Positions 51,901 to 64,000 of a DNA stretch of 64,000 nt are shown here, in pieces. The stretch is from Mytilus trossulus. Taxonomy: Eukaryota. Location: positions 15,872,001 through 15,936,000 of the forward strand of contig NC_086376.1 in NCBI RefSeq assembly GCF_036588685.1. The letters run 5' to 3'. The stretch's first letter is position 1; each line of letters starts with the position of its first letter. Both the position numbers and the translations under genes were made by a program. Under the pieces are notes generated by a model, which saw nothing but the letters and a program-made list of their open reading frames with translations, had not been told where the DNA came from and searched no databases.

Positions 51901-52663
51901 GATCAGACTTATTCCAATGACAGTTGGAATGTCTTGGCCACATGGTTTACTATGTTTTTGTTACACTCTTTCAATGAAAATAAGTTTTTGGCTACACCAT
52001 ATTCATCAAAAATACCATTATTTTCTATCCTTTTGCACATTTGTTGATTTCCCTCCTTCTGTTATTGACAATAAATCTACCTTTTATTGTGAAGAGTTTT
52101 ACAAAGGGAGATAATTTTAGGTATATTTTTCAGTTTTTCATCATTTATTTAAATAAGCTTATATCAATTTGCAATGAAAATCCCGTTAAGGAATAGTAGT
52201 TTGAAGTGAACCATAACGTTTACCAAAATATTGTTTCAATTTGAGTGACTTTTGAGGTTTTATGGACATTTTCAGTACAGGCTGGATTCAAATTCTAGAA
52301 AAACACATTTATGTCAATAAAAATAAAAACAAAAGTAAAGGTTGAAATAAGATAAAAATTACAGTTTATTTTAGCAGAAAGTCTGAATTTTAAGGTAAAA
52401 CTGTTTTTTTTGTCATATAATACTTTGAACTATTCAAAAAAAAAAAAAAAAAAATGTCCATTTTCAACAACATTTTTCAGCAAATTTGGTACTTTAATAG
52501 AATTGCCCTGTATTCACATATTTTGAGATAAATTGTCATTTTTTATACATAGAACTATTAGATGTACTTAGTACTTTACTAGGAACCCAAAATCAGCTGA
52601 AAACTCCACAACCCCTTTCATAATTTATTTTGGATTTTGCATGGTTTTCTCGTAGACATCCAT
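45911..52663. mobile_element. 6.75-kb degenerate DNA transposon with 26-bp TIRs and TTAA flanks (Kolobok/piggyBac-type target site)
   Basis: Left ATGGACATCTATGAGAAAACCATGCA; right reverse complement ATGGATGTCTACGAGAAAACCATGCA (23/26 match); TTAA at 45907-45910 and 52664-52667; no intact ORF inside. Confidence 0.7.
48440..49165. mobile_element. Helentron-associated repeat with ~140-bp internal repeats (aaaatgaggtcaaggtca), nested in the TTAA-flanked element; older relatives at ~55750-56950
   Basis: Repeats at ~48529, 48676, 48815 and 48970; terminal hairpin tgtcaagc...gcttgaca. Confidence 0.6.
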
Positions 52664-53295
52664 TTAAACATCTAGATACATAAATATCATGATAGATGCC
52701 AAAAACATATTCTAGTATAATATGGTAATATTCACCTTTAGTATAATATATTCAGCGATAGCCCTCACCACCAAGAAGGCTATTGTTAATGTTTTTGTAA
52801 ATGCATGAATACGTATAATGGTCTTCAAGTAAAAAAAATGTACAACTTTACTAAATGCCAAACTACGCAAATAAATACCCCAAAAAATGTAAATATGATA
52901 CAAAATGTTGTCTATGAAAATACATGTACAAAAATTACTCGATTCTGGGGTTACCTGAAGAATTGACACATAGAAAATTTTGCCAAATAAAATATTTGGA
53001 ATAAAAACATTTACAAATCTGACAAGAATCAAAGACTTACAATATAATATGTGTAAGTAAAAGCTGTCAAATACATGTACCCTTTATACCATGAGAAAGT
53101 ATAAAATGTAATTGTAGGAGCTACAGTAGCATAAAGACTCTCCTCTCCAGAATAATTAAACATTATAAAAGTGCTTTTTTTAAAAGATTAAATATTAATT
53201 TTCTTGTACATTGTAAAAGAAATATTTGTAAATTGGTGAAACATATGTTAAAGATAAAACAGCTCAATACAGGATTAACTAAGAATGTGTATTTA

Positions 53296-53602
53296 TAGTC
53301 CAAGATTACTCTGACGTCCAACGGCTGAATCGATGGGTCACTGTGAAAACTGTCTCAATATGAGAAAAAAAGGGTGGCAGGTAAATGATACTTACATAAA
53401 TGAAGAGATAAACGAAAAATGAACAAATTGATACCCGATTTAAATAATTCCATGGCCATTAGTTGGCACCAGAAGTGAGGAAGCAGCACATCTAATTTGG
53501 ATAGGCAAATATCCACTTTTTGATATGGGACGAGCTCCGATGTTCCATGGCCCTTGTTTGTCTGGCAAAACAGCCGTTGGACGTTAGAGTAATCTCAGAA
53601 TA
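53296..53602. mobile_element. MITE with ~30-bp TIRs and 9-bp TSD (AcademH- or MuDR-like)
   Basis: agattactctgacgtccaacggctg / cagccgttggacgttagagtaatct; GTGTATTTA at 53287-53295 and 53603-53611. Confidence 0.8.
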
Positions 53603-54151
53603 GTGTATTTATTAAGCAACTAATTTTTGACAATTGCTGTTTTGCTGTATATGACCTAATGATTTGATTTTAAGACTGTGATAAATCTCCGTCCAAGTAT
53701 ATATATGGCCAGTTTTTTAAACATTTATTTACATATACATGGTTGTTTATGTAATTTTTTCTTGTAAAGAATGGGAGATAACTCTATTTATTTTATTTGA
53801 CTTTTATCTATTTATGGTAAATTAGGCCTTTCTTCTTGATTGTTTTCTTGTTATCTGTTGGTAGAGAACATTAGACTAGATTATAAAAAAAAATTGTTAA
53901 CCCTAAAATGTTGATTTCAAGTTTTTCTATAACAGGTGCATACAACAAAGTCTCTGTGATCTTTTCAAGGTATATTGTATTAAAACTTCTGTACTATCAA
54001 GAATAAATATCTTTTCTGTACCTTAATTTTAATGATGTTGTTAATAAATTCTTAATTTAATAGATATGTGTGCAAAATTTAAAAAAAAAATTTATTGTGT
54101 AAGTAAATTAATTTTGTAACCAAATGATGTTCATGCCAACATTGCTGATAC

Positions 54152-54763
54152 CACTATAACGTAACGGTACCCAAATTGCACCTTTTAAGCAAAAATAGCA
54201 GTGGATAATTTACAAGATTTTCTAGAGACTAAACATGTTGTAATTTTATGATCCGATAGTATGCACGTCTGTCAACATAGGTAAATATATTCCGATATAA
54301 ATAATGTTTACAGTATTTATCAACAGATGAAGTGTTTACTGAAAAGGCAAAATGTACTGAAACATCGCCATGCAACGTCATCAAAACGTCACCTTTTCAA
54401 AATTAGCAAATACAATATGTTTCAAGTATCAATTTCTTAAAAAAAAGAAAAGTAAGCATGGACAAATATCCAATTGTTCAAAATATTTGAAAAAAAATAA
54501 CAAAAGCTCTGTTATTCGACTTTTGACGATGCAAATTTAAGCATGGATGCAATTTGGGTACTCCTCATTACAGAATCATTGATGGTTTGGATGTTAGTTT
54601 AGACCAATTTTTCTATGATTCCATATAAATTGAAAATCAAATTGGTGTACCTATATAATAAATATTATAAAAATAAAATGGAAACGTTTGTCTTGATCAT
54701 AAAAAAAGGTAGTTGAAAAACTGTCAAAATAGGTGCAATTTGGGTACTGTCAAGTTACAGGTG
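54152..54763. mobile_element. MITE with CAC...GTG termini and ~30-bp imperfect TIRs
   Basis: gtacccaaattgcacc near the left end, ggtgcaatttgggtac near the right end, and an internal copy at ~54549. Confidence 0.6.
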
Positions 54764-57378
54764 ATAACATTTGTTTTAAATATCTAAGTTTTTTGCATAT
54801 TTTTTTTTTATCATATATGTACTTTTGAACTTGAATGCAGTTGCCTTCTACATGTTTATTCTAAATAAATAATGTCTAGGACTGGACAATAATGTTAATT
54901 GGTCCTAAACAGTGTAGAAAAGCTTATTTCTCTTCAAAGAAAAGTTCATATCATTTGATAAAATTTGCCATTGGGAGGAGGAAATAAGAAAAATAATTCA
55001 GTATTAACTACAAGCATGATTGGTTATGTATTCAATAATGATAATCAAAATGTTTTATTTTTTTTGTTTTGCATAATAAGTATTTTGGGTCAGTATAGAG
55101 TAATGTGTGTTTTGTCTTTTTACATTTTTAGGTAATTATATAAACATAGATTTGTTATTATTTTTTGACTGCTTGTGACTGTATTAAACAATTGTGCCTT
55201 AAATTTGTTAATGATTTATTTTATGTTTTACAGATATATAATGTTTCTATTTTTTAGACAAATATATATTTACTACAAAAATAAAGAGTTTCATTTAGTT
55301 GTACCCATGTCCTACCTTCTGACGTCACACATTTGTTCACATCATCATACAGATATTGATCTGGATTCTTGATACATTGGTTTATAATTTACAGACCAAG
55401 TTATACATTCCTTCTATTTCCAGTTGACCAACATTTGTCATTTGAACAGAACATTTCTATATTGTACTTGAAGTGCAAGCAGATTAAGAGCTGATATATT
55501 GGTATATAATTGTAGCTGATTTGATTTTTTTTTGGTACATAAGTGTGATGAATAACAGGTTAATTTTGTATTTTGTACTTTAATCAGACTTTTCCTGATT
55601 ACACCAGACTGCATTAAATAAATTGAAACCAGTAAGCCTAAACCATTAACTAAACAGGTTTGCAAATGATCTCATAGATTTTTATAAAGTTTTGTAAGAA
55701 ACAAAGAAAAGTCCATGGTATCCAGGAAACAGACTTGATAATTATGAAAATTGAACATTGACCAATGAACCATGGAATGATGTCAAGGTCAGATTAACCC
55801 TGACAAACAGACAAGTCACCTTGCAACCACTCTATACACCACATGTAGTTGACCTATAGCTTATATGACAAATAGACCTTATAAAAAATATCATTGACCA
55901 ATGAACCATGAAAATGTGGTCATGGTCAAATGAAACCTACTTGGTGCCTTTTATAGGTTATTATGCAGTATGGGCTGTGCTCATTGTTGAAGGCTGTACA
56001 GTGACTCAAAGTTGTTTATTTCTGTGTCATTTAGTCACTTATAGAGAGTTACCTCATTGGCAATTATACCACATCTTCTTTCTTATAGTTAGACATAAAC
56101 AAATTAATTGCATACATCTATTGCTTATAATATCTGAGATATGTATTTGACCATGTTAACTTAACCTTAACCACTGCTCCATGAAATGAGGTTAAAGTCA
56201 GGTGAACACAGTCTGAAGGACAATAAGACCTTGCAAGGAAACCAACCATATACCAAATATACTTATCCTATTACTTGTGTTAACAGAAATTAACAGGACA
56301 AAAAACTTTTCAAGCTATTACTGAACCAAGAAAATGAGGGTCACAAATAACTGACATATGCCAGATCATACTAACAAAATGTCAGGTCTTCTTCCTTCTG
56401 AAACAAAGTATAAGTATCACATAAAGTTAAAATTAACAATGAACTGTTTCAAGTTTTAGATGAACTCTGCTATAACAGAAATGTACATGTTGCAATCATT
56501 CCATATGCATACACAAAATATAGTTGACCTTTTGCTTATTGTTTTCTAGATAAAGCCCTCACCACAAAAACTGGTTATTTACCAAAAATATTAGAACCCT
56601 GAAAGACAGACATTAACACTAACAATCATTAAATATTTAATATGGTTTATCCATTGCTCATGACAATGAAAACTTATCATTCCCCAATTAATCATGTTTC
56701 TGAGACTAAAGTTGGACAGGATAAACCCTGCAACACTAGCATTTGAACCTCACACTTATTCCATACAACTAATACAGTTGACCTATTGCTCATAGATTCG
56801 TAGATATGGATTTGACCCAAGAAGACATATTGACCAATGAATTATAAATTATAAACGGTAAAAGCTGCCAGACTGACATAAAGCCATTGCAAGGCTCTCA
56901 TATATATCAAACACTGAAAACCCTGTTTTTATGTGAATTGTAGACTTTTGACCCAGAAAAAATTTCATTCATACTTGTAATCCTTTGATTTTATTGATGA
57001 AGTTTTGATATAATTAATAATCAAACTTTAGGATAGACATGACCCATGGTTATCTGCAGACCCATGTTTATCTCCAGAACCTTATCAAACTTAAATGAGA
57101 GAATAAAAACTGGTAGATATATAATGATACATCTTGTAATATGTATACACAATATTTAATATTTCAAAAACACATAATTTAGTTTAGATTTTACTAGCTT
57201 TCAATAGACGTTAATTGTTTAATGACACAAGCCATCATCACTGATAGAAAATTACAATTTTGAAGAAATGTCATTAGAAAGAAAGTCATAAATTATAACA
57301 TTGTTTTTGTACTTTTTTCTAATAAATAAGAAATTTAACAAAGAATAGCATCAATGTATTTTTTTTTAATAATTTGAA

Positions 57379-60300
57379 TCACATGCTAGGCTTTCCTGCC
57401 ATTTGACTTTGTAACTGTTGGTTGAAATCCTGAATAGCATTGAACACACGTCTGTTTATTGGTCGGAAATCACATTCCATTGTTTTAGCAGCAATGAATT
57501 CTTTCATAACAAAGTTATTTTGTTCGTGATGCTGCCATTTCCTCTCTAAATTACCAAGCTGCATGTATGTTTCATTATCATCTAGCGACGTCTTCATACC
57601 TTCATATTTAGAGGTCAACTGCTGCATGACCTTTTTAAAGTTTTCTTTGCGTCTTTGAAGTGATATTCTGTCCTCTTGAAGTCTCTTTCTCTTCTTTTCT
57701 GATAGATCCCTTAACTTGTCTAAATCTGAATAAGTTTCTAAATCTTTTTCCATTGTTGAATTCTTTTCTCTTAGCATAACTAATTCTGTTGTAATTTTAT
57801 CTTCCAACTGTTCCACTTTCTGTAAGTCCACTTGTAACTTGTCACTTTCAGCAGCAAGCCCAAGAGTTGTAGTTTCTGATTTTTTCATTTCTCCTGCCTT
57901 AAAAGCTAAATCTTCTTTCATAGTACTGAGTTCTGCTGGGGATGGTAGTGCTGAGAATCGCCCCATGTTTCTACTCATATGTTCCAGAATTGCTATAGTG
58001 TTCTGCTCCAGTTGTGTCACCCTTTGATGTTCCTGGTGTTTAGATTCTTCAAATGAATTAAGGAACTCGTCTATTGTTTCCTCCCTTTTCTTTAATTCTT
58101 TGTACTTTTGATTTCTCTCCCCTTGATTTTCCTCTATATCAATATCTAATTGTCTGATTTCCTCTTGAACCTGTTCTATTTTTTCTTTCAGATCATTTGT
58201 CTGTCGTTCCAAGCTTGCTATTTCCTGGTTATCTTCTTTTACCTGTTTTAGTAACTTTTCTCTCTCTTCGGCTGGTGATGATTGATTCTTAGTTTCTTGG
58301 ACTAAAGCATCTCTCTTCATTTCAAGGTCATTCAATTGTTCATAAAGACGAACAGCTTCTTGCTTTACTTGAGAAAATGATAGTTCCTCATTTGAATTTT
58401 CAATCTTTGAATTAAGTACATCTAGTTCCTGTTGACCTCTTTCCAGCTGTTTCAACATATGTTCATTAACATCTTTGAGTTCAAAATATTTTTTTCTCAT
58501 TTTTGGATTCATGTCATTAACAATATTATCCGCCATTCTTTTTTCTTGGTCCAATTCCTGCTCAATTTGTCTGATCTGATCTTCTTTTTGCTTTTTTATT
58601 TCAAACAGCTCTTCAATTTTTTTTGCCTCCCTTTCATTTGAATTTTTCAGATCTTGTAAGTCCATTTCTACGTCCTGAATGTCTTCATCTGTGGTCAGTT
58701 TATCTACCAGTGTGTTATAGTCACCAAGTTCTCCCTGTAAATCTCTTATTTCTGATGCTAGTACTTCTGCTCTCTTCTCATAGGTCAGAAAAGCAGAATT
58801 TTCTTCTGAATTATTTTCTATCTCTTTATTCAACCTTGTATTTTCACCATTCAATTCATTTATTTTACTCCTAACTAATCCCAGAAAGTAAGTTCTATCC
58901 TTGACAGTTCGGCCTTGACCTTTGACTCCAGTTTTCATTCCTCCTAACCCCTGTTGTGTCATTGGCCTGTCTTCCACTTTTAACTGGGACTGTAAAGCCC
59001 CTCCTCCAGCTACGGATCCCCCTTTGGTTCCTGGTCTAGCTGTACCAGGATTCATTGCTGTGGTCAAACGGGTAGCAGTACCTCCTTGGATAGCAGTTCC
59101 AATAGGTCTAGCACCTAAAATGAATAAATGAGGAAATAACATTGTGTAATTATATCTGATAAAGATACAGTTTTAAACTAAACATGATTGAAATTATTAG
59201 GGTAATATTTATGATTGTGTGCTTATACTTTTGAGTATACTAATTTACTTAACAAGAATAGTCTACTCACCTGACAAATAACTGGAGTGAACACAACTTT
59301 GATGTATTTATTTTTCAGATTCAAAGAGACCATTGCATACATTTCCCTACACCTTTGGTTATGATTGTCTTAGCAGTTTCAGAATATTTAACTTTATATA
59401 AATCCTATTACCCTTTTAATTTCAAATGGTAACCATGTGTTCTTATTGTCACTATGTTTGCTAATTGATTGGGTGTTGACTTTAACCAGATGCCGATTTA
59501 ACCAGTTTCGGATTCAACCAGGTGCGGATTTGTCTTTTTCTATCGGTGCCCATTTTACCAGATGCCGATTTGACTTATGCCTAGAGTGGCAGACATGCAT
59601 ATATATCTTATAAAATCAGAGGCGGATTTAGGGGGGCAGGGGGCCCCGGCCCCCCCTTTTTGGGAAAAAACTTGGTTGCTTATATAGGGAATCATTGAAG
59701 CATGACTGGAGCAGGCCCCCTCTTAGGTCAGTCAGTGGGCCCCCACTTATGAAAATTTCTGGAAACGCCCCTTTAAAAAAAAAAAAAAAAAAAAAAAAAA
59801 CAGTCAATAACATCAACCTTAACAGATGTAAGGGCATGCTCGACTTTATTTCCAAACATCATGAAAGTTCTCTTCTTACTTGCTTTGACGAGCGTCATGT
59901 CAAGCTCCGTCGAAAGAGCTAACTCATCCCTTAAGTTTATCAAGAATGATTTGAGAAGCACCATGAAGGAGGATCGCCTAAATGCTAGATGCTTCTTTTA
60001 TATGTTCACAGAGACATTAAACTTGATTTTGATAAATTATTGACGATTACGCCATGAGAAATCCAAGTAAAATGGTTCTAATGAATCCACTCTAGTAATT
60101 GAAAATGAGAGTCCGTCAGTATTTTTCGGTGTTCATTTTAGGTTTGGCGTCAAGGTACATGTATACTAGAAATATGTATATTTCCACATTAAAGCAATAC
60201 TCAGAACGAAAGAACTTTATTCTTCAGTGTTTATTTGTCTTGTATCATGTGTGTCCTTCAACGAAACCAGAACTTAATCAAAAATAGAGGGATTACTTCA

Positions 60301-60979
60301 TAATTTGATGCTAAATTGTTGAAATTCAGGAGCTTCTTAGCTTCCCCATGGACCCTAAACCGTAATCACGCCTCTCATTCATAAAATCCTGGCCTAAGAA
60401 TTGAAATGTTAAGTAACTCCTTATACCCTTGAGTTTGGAATTTCTCGTTATTGGTCTACTGCTGTTAAGATCCATCCAATCATTTAAATATACCATAGAC
60501 AATTAATGGAGAGAATTCGGCATAAAAAATGTCACACCCTGACACTCTAACTGTAAAATATACATGCTCCAAGTCAGAAACCGTTACAATAGTGCAATTC
60601 TCTTTTATTTTATGTTTTTAAGCCAAAAAAAGGTCAAAAATTTTTTTCGCCTCCCTTCGCTCGGCGAAATATTTTATTCTACGCACCCCCCTTTCAAATA
60701 TCATGGACACGCCCCTGTAGGTTCTTAACCATTGACTGTTTAATCAAAAGTGATTAGTGTTATTGCTCACTAAATGAAATCCACAACTAAACAATAATGA
60801 TAATAGTATTAATACGAAAACCTTCATACCATCCCCCCATTTTTAAAAGTGTAAAATTCCCGAAATAAAACAAATTGATGAGTGAGAAACAGAACCATGG
60901 CTGTCGAACGTGTTTGATTGGTTATTTAAGCACCTGTTCTAGGTCTACTGCCACCGGCGCTGGGTAATCTTCCAGCCAT
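57379..60979 (-). CDS. IFT74: Intraflagellar transport protein 74 homologue (~593 aa, 2 coding exons)
   Basis: Exon 1 60979-60934 (MAGRLPSAGGSRPRT, phase-1 GT), exon 2 59114-57379 (AG at 59116-59115). Hallmarks: basic RPxT N-terminus, DRPMTQQGLGGMKTG, YEKRAEVLASEIRDLQGELGDYNTLVDK, NLERKWQHHEQNNFVMKEFIA, long coiled coil. Confidence 0.93.
59800..60095 (+). mobile_element. hAT transposase C-terminal dimerisation-domain remnant in IFT74 intron 1
   Basis: LLLALTSVMSSSVERANSSLKFIKNDLRSTMKEDRLN resembles the hAT ER.FS.L..IK..LRS.M...RL motif; frameshifted and truncated. Confidence 0.75.
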
Positions 60980-61380
60980 TTCTCTTAAATAATAAACTTT
61001 ATGGTTATAGTTTACTGTTGACAGGAAGCAGGTTGTAGGAATGTTGTCTCTTGATTTGGACTTTTCGGCATATCCGGCAAAGGGGAAGACCTAAAAGGAG
61101 GAAGTCGAAAAATAAAAGGGAAACATTTACAGATTTTAAGTAATTTCTCTTAAACAGATCAAAATGAATTGAGGATGGAAACAGATTCTGATAGCTCATT
61201 AAATAAACTAAAAATTCAATTAAAAATGATATTGATTATGAAATGCAATTTACAAAACAGATGTTCGGAATAAATAAATAAATAAAAAATAAATAAATAC
61301 GTTTTATTTAGAGTCGGCAAGGTATACAAACAGAGACAACATAAGCTCTAATTTCATGAGCTTTTAACCCACATACAAAT

Positions 61381-61505
61381 ACATTTATAACAATACAACA
61401 TTTATAACAATACAACATTTATAACGTCAATACAACATTTATAACAATACAACATTTATAACGGCAATACAACATTTATAACAATACAATATTTATAACA
61501 ATACA
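61381..61505. repeat. 17-bp minisatellite (ACATTTATAACAATACA, ~7 copies)
   Basis: Directly visible tandem copies, some with 3-bp insertions. Confidence 0.85.
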
Positions 61506-61559
61506 AACAATATTTATATTCATTAAATTGAGAATGGAAACATTTATAAATTTATCTCA

Positions 61560-64000
61560 GTGTCCCTTTGACAAATTACTAGAAATTGATGATCCCGATG
61601 AAGCGCTCCTAAGTTTTATAAATATTTTTCTAGAGTGTTGAATCATCATACTCCACTCATTAAAAAGCGAGCTAAACATTTTTATCAAAATGAGTGAAGA
61701 AATGATGAAATGAAAAAACGTGATTATTATCATAAGAAAAAAAAGACACATATAACTAATTTTTTTTCGAGAAACAAGGTTAAATACCTCATAGAAAATT
61801 CAAAACCAAATTTTTATATTGATGTATTAGAACATGAAAAAGGAAACAGTAGCAAATTATGGAAACACTTCCATAATGTAAATGGTTGTGAAAATGATCA
61901 GGACCATGCAATCTCAAATGACTGTAGGCTAACAATAAACAAATTACAGACCCTTTAGAGCATTGGCAGCAGTCCTGTTGCGCCAATTACTGTTTTCAGG
62001 GGTATAATTTGCGCCAATTTGTTTTTGTATGCCCCACCTACGATAGTAGAGGGGTATTATGTTTTCTGGTCTGTGCGTCCGTTCGTTCGTCCGTCCGTCC
62101 GTCTGTTCGTCCGTCCGTCTGTCCCGCTTCAGGTTAAAGTTTTTTGTCAAGGTTGTTTTTGATGAAGTTGAAGTCCAATCAACTTGAAACTTAGTCCACA
62201 TGTTCCTTATGATATGATCTTTCTAACTTTAAAGCCAAATTAAACTTTTGACCCCAATTTCACGGTCCACTGAACATAGAAAATGACAGTACATGTTTCA
62301 GGTTAAAGTTTTTGGTCAAGGTTGTTTTTGATGAAGTTGAAGTCCAATCAACTTGAAACTTAGTACACATGTTCCCTATGATATTATCTTTCTAATTTTA
62401 ATGGCTTATTACATTTTTTTATCCAATTTTATGGTCCATTTAACATGGAAAATGATAGTGCGAGTGGGGCATTAGTGTACTTTTGGCACATTCTTGTTTT
62501 CCAAATGTATCAATTGCGCCAATATTCGGAACTCATTTGCGCCAATTTACCTGCACACATATTTATTCTCCTTTTTGCCTTAAAAGGTATCATATGTTCG
62601 GAGATATTTCACCAAAAAGATGAGCATCTGGAGAGAAATGAGTTACAATGCATTAGAGAATCAATGTAAAGAGAGAGAATAAAACTTATTGCGTTGCAGA
62701 ATATTTAATACTAGAAATGCCAAAAGAGGTGAAAATAGAAGCTTTTGCTCATTATTTTTAGCCACATATGTTGATTACACAGTGCTTTGTTCTCACCATG
62801 CGTATGGGTTGAAACTATCTACCGCAAGACGTACCAGTAATGCAGCAAAAGCAACCTACAGCAATTATAATGAACTTTTTTTTTGCATTTAATCCTCCAA
62901 TGTTTGCGTTATTGGACAATAAAGTGAAATTACATTGTACAAGCTACTACCTCGATACATTAAATTGGCAAGTACCCATGTAGCAGCAGTAACAAGAAAG
63001 GATGTTACAGAAAAGGAAACATTTGCCGTGTAAACTGTCAGTTCCAAGGAGGAGGGAAGTCATTTTTCTTCTAATTGGCACATTCGTATGTTTTATTTTT
63101 TGGCGCAAACGATACCATGTAATTTTAAAACAGGTGGCGCAAACGTAGCATTGGAGAAAAAAGTTGTGGCGCAAAAGGACGCATTTTTTGGTGCAAACGG
63201 ATCTCTCCCAGATTGCTGATACTTTCAATAATTATTTTAAAAATATAACTGAAAAGTAATTCTTAATTCAAACTCAAGCACCAGTTGTTCTACAAAACTT
63301 GATAATTGTATTTCATTTCGTATACCAGAAAATGTTTTTTTTTACCATACCACAAATAACTAATGAATTTGTTCTCCATCAGTTAACCACACTTGATGAG
63401 AAAAAAGCAACATGTCTTGATAATATCAGTGCACAGTTTTATAAAAATGTCATCACAACTAATTTCAGTTTCATTTTGCCATGATATAAAAATAAAAGTT
63501 AAAAACATATGATAGTTTCAACTACAGACCTATTGGAATTTTACCATTACTATCTAAGATCCTTGAGCGACACGTACAAACTCATTTGATTAATTTTCTA
63601 AACAAATGTTATCTATTGTATGTCATGCAATCAGGCTTTCGTGCAAACCATTCCTGTTAAACTGCTATGCCTTCTTTGTTAAATAAATGGTTAAAAGCCG
63701 TTGATGAAGGAAATTTAGTAGGGGCAGTATTTTTATATCTGCGTAAAGCCCTTGATCTTCTAAATCATAAACTGCTCCTTAAAAAATTGCAAAAAATTAA
63801 ATGTTCTTATAATTCAATCCATTGTCGTATCAATTTCAAATATTTTTTCAGATTTATCTACATTAAAAGCAGGTTTACCTCAAGGGTCCGTTTTAGGTCC
63901 TTTATTATTCTTAATATTTGTTAATGATTTGCCTTTGTGTAATACTAATCATAATATTGATCTTTTTGCTGATGATAGCACTATTTTGAATTGGAAAAGA
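61560..64000 (+). mobile_element. Degenerate CR1/L2-clade LINE ORF2, interrupted by nested insertions (~61960-63225) and running off the window end
   Basis: Broken-frame RT motifs KATCLDNIS, YRPI, SKILERHV, QSGFRANHSC, GAVFLYLRKALDLLNH, GLPQGSVLGPLLFLIFVNDLP, LFADDST (63400-63990); upstream linker-like fragments at 61560-61958. Confidence 0.8.
62025..62497. mobile_element. Helentron-associated non-autonomous element with (GTCC)n microsatellite and ~170-bp duplicated core
   Basis: Two copies of ttcaggttaaagttttt...gatgaagttgaagtccaatcaacttgaaacttagt; same family as 1931-2218. Confidence 0.65.

Noticed and set aside
59261-59340. Strong minus-strand donor CAG|GTGAGT in IFT74 intron 1 as an extra coding exon
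   Set aside because: No phase-compatible open exon with an acceptor; at most an alternative non-coding exon.

Overview
AT-rich, intron-containing animal DNA. The repeat families suggest a bivalve, probably a mytilid mussel (inference). All gene models were built by hand from splice sites and reading-frame continuity. The window holds: three tandem two-exon CARD + coiled-coil paralogues (minus strand, 1.1-16.9 kb); a single-exon nanos gene (minus, 20.8-21.4 kb); an 11-coding-exon gene (plus, 27211-44976, about 708 aa) for an N-acylated helical/ARM-like - TIR - SAM protein that keeps the alphaC glutamate of enzymatic TIRs; and an IFT74 gene with only two coding exons (minus, 57379-60979). The most striking structure is a 9.6-kb array of about 120 copies of a ~79-bp unit filling coding intron 6 of the TIR gene. 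Each unit copies the exon end encoding the first TIR strand/helix (HIMISYQWSNQKTILQ) plus its GT donor. Many units also carry a pyrimidine tract and AG in the correct phase, so they could act as mutually exclusive mini-exons, or they could be a neutral satellite. The rest is transposon debris: a Ngaro/DIRS remnant, Penelope-like fragments with hammerhead motifs, Academ-like and other MITEs, a 6.75-kb TTAA-flanked element, Helentron-associated elements, hAT and CR1/L2 remnants, and a 24-bp minisatellite.
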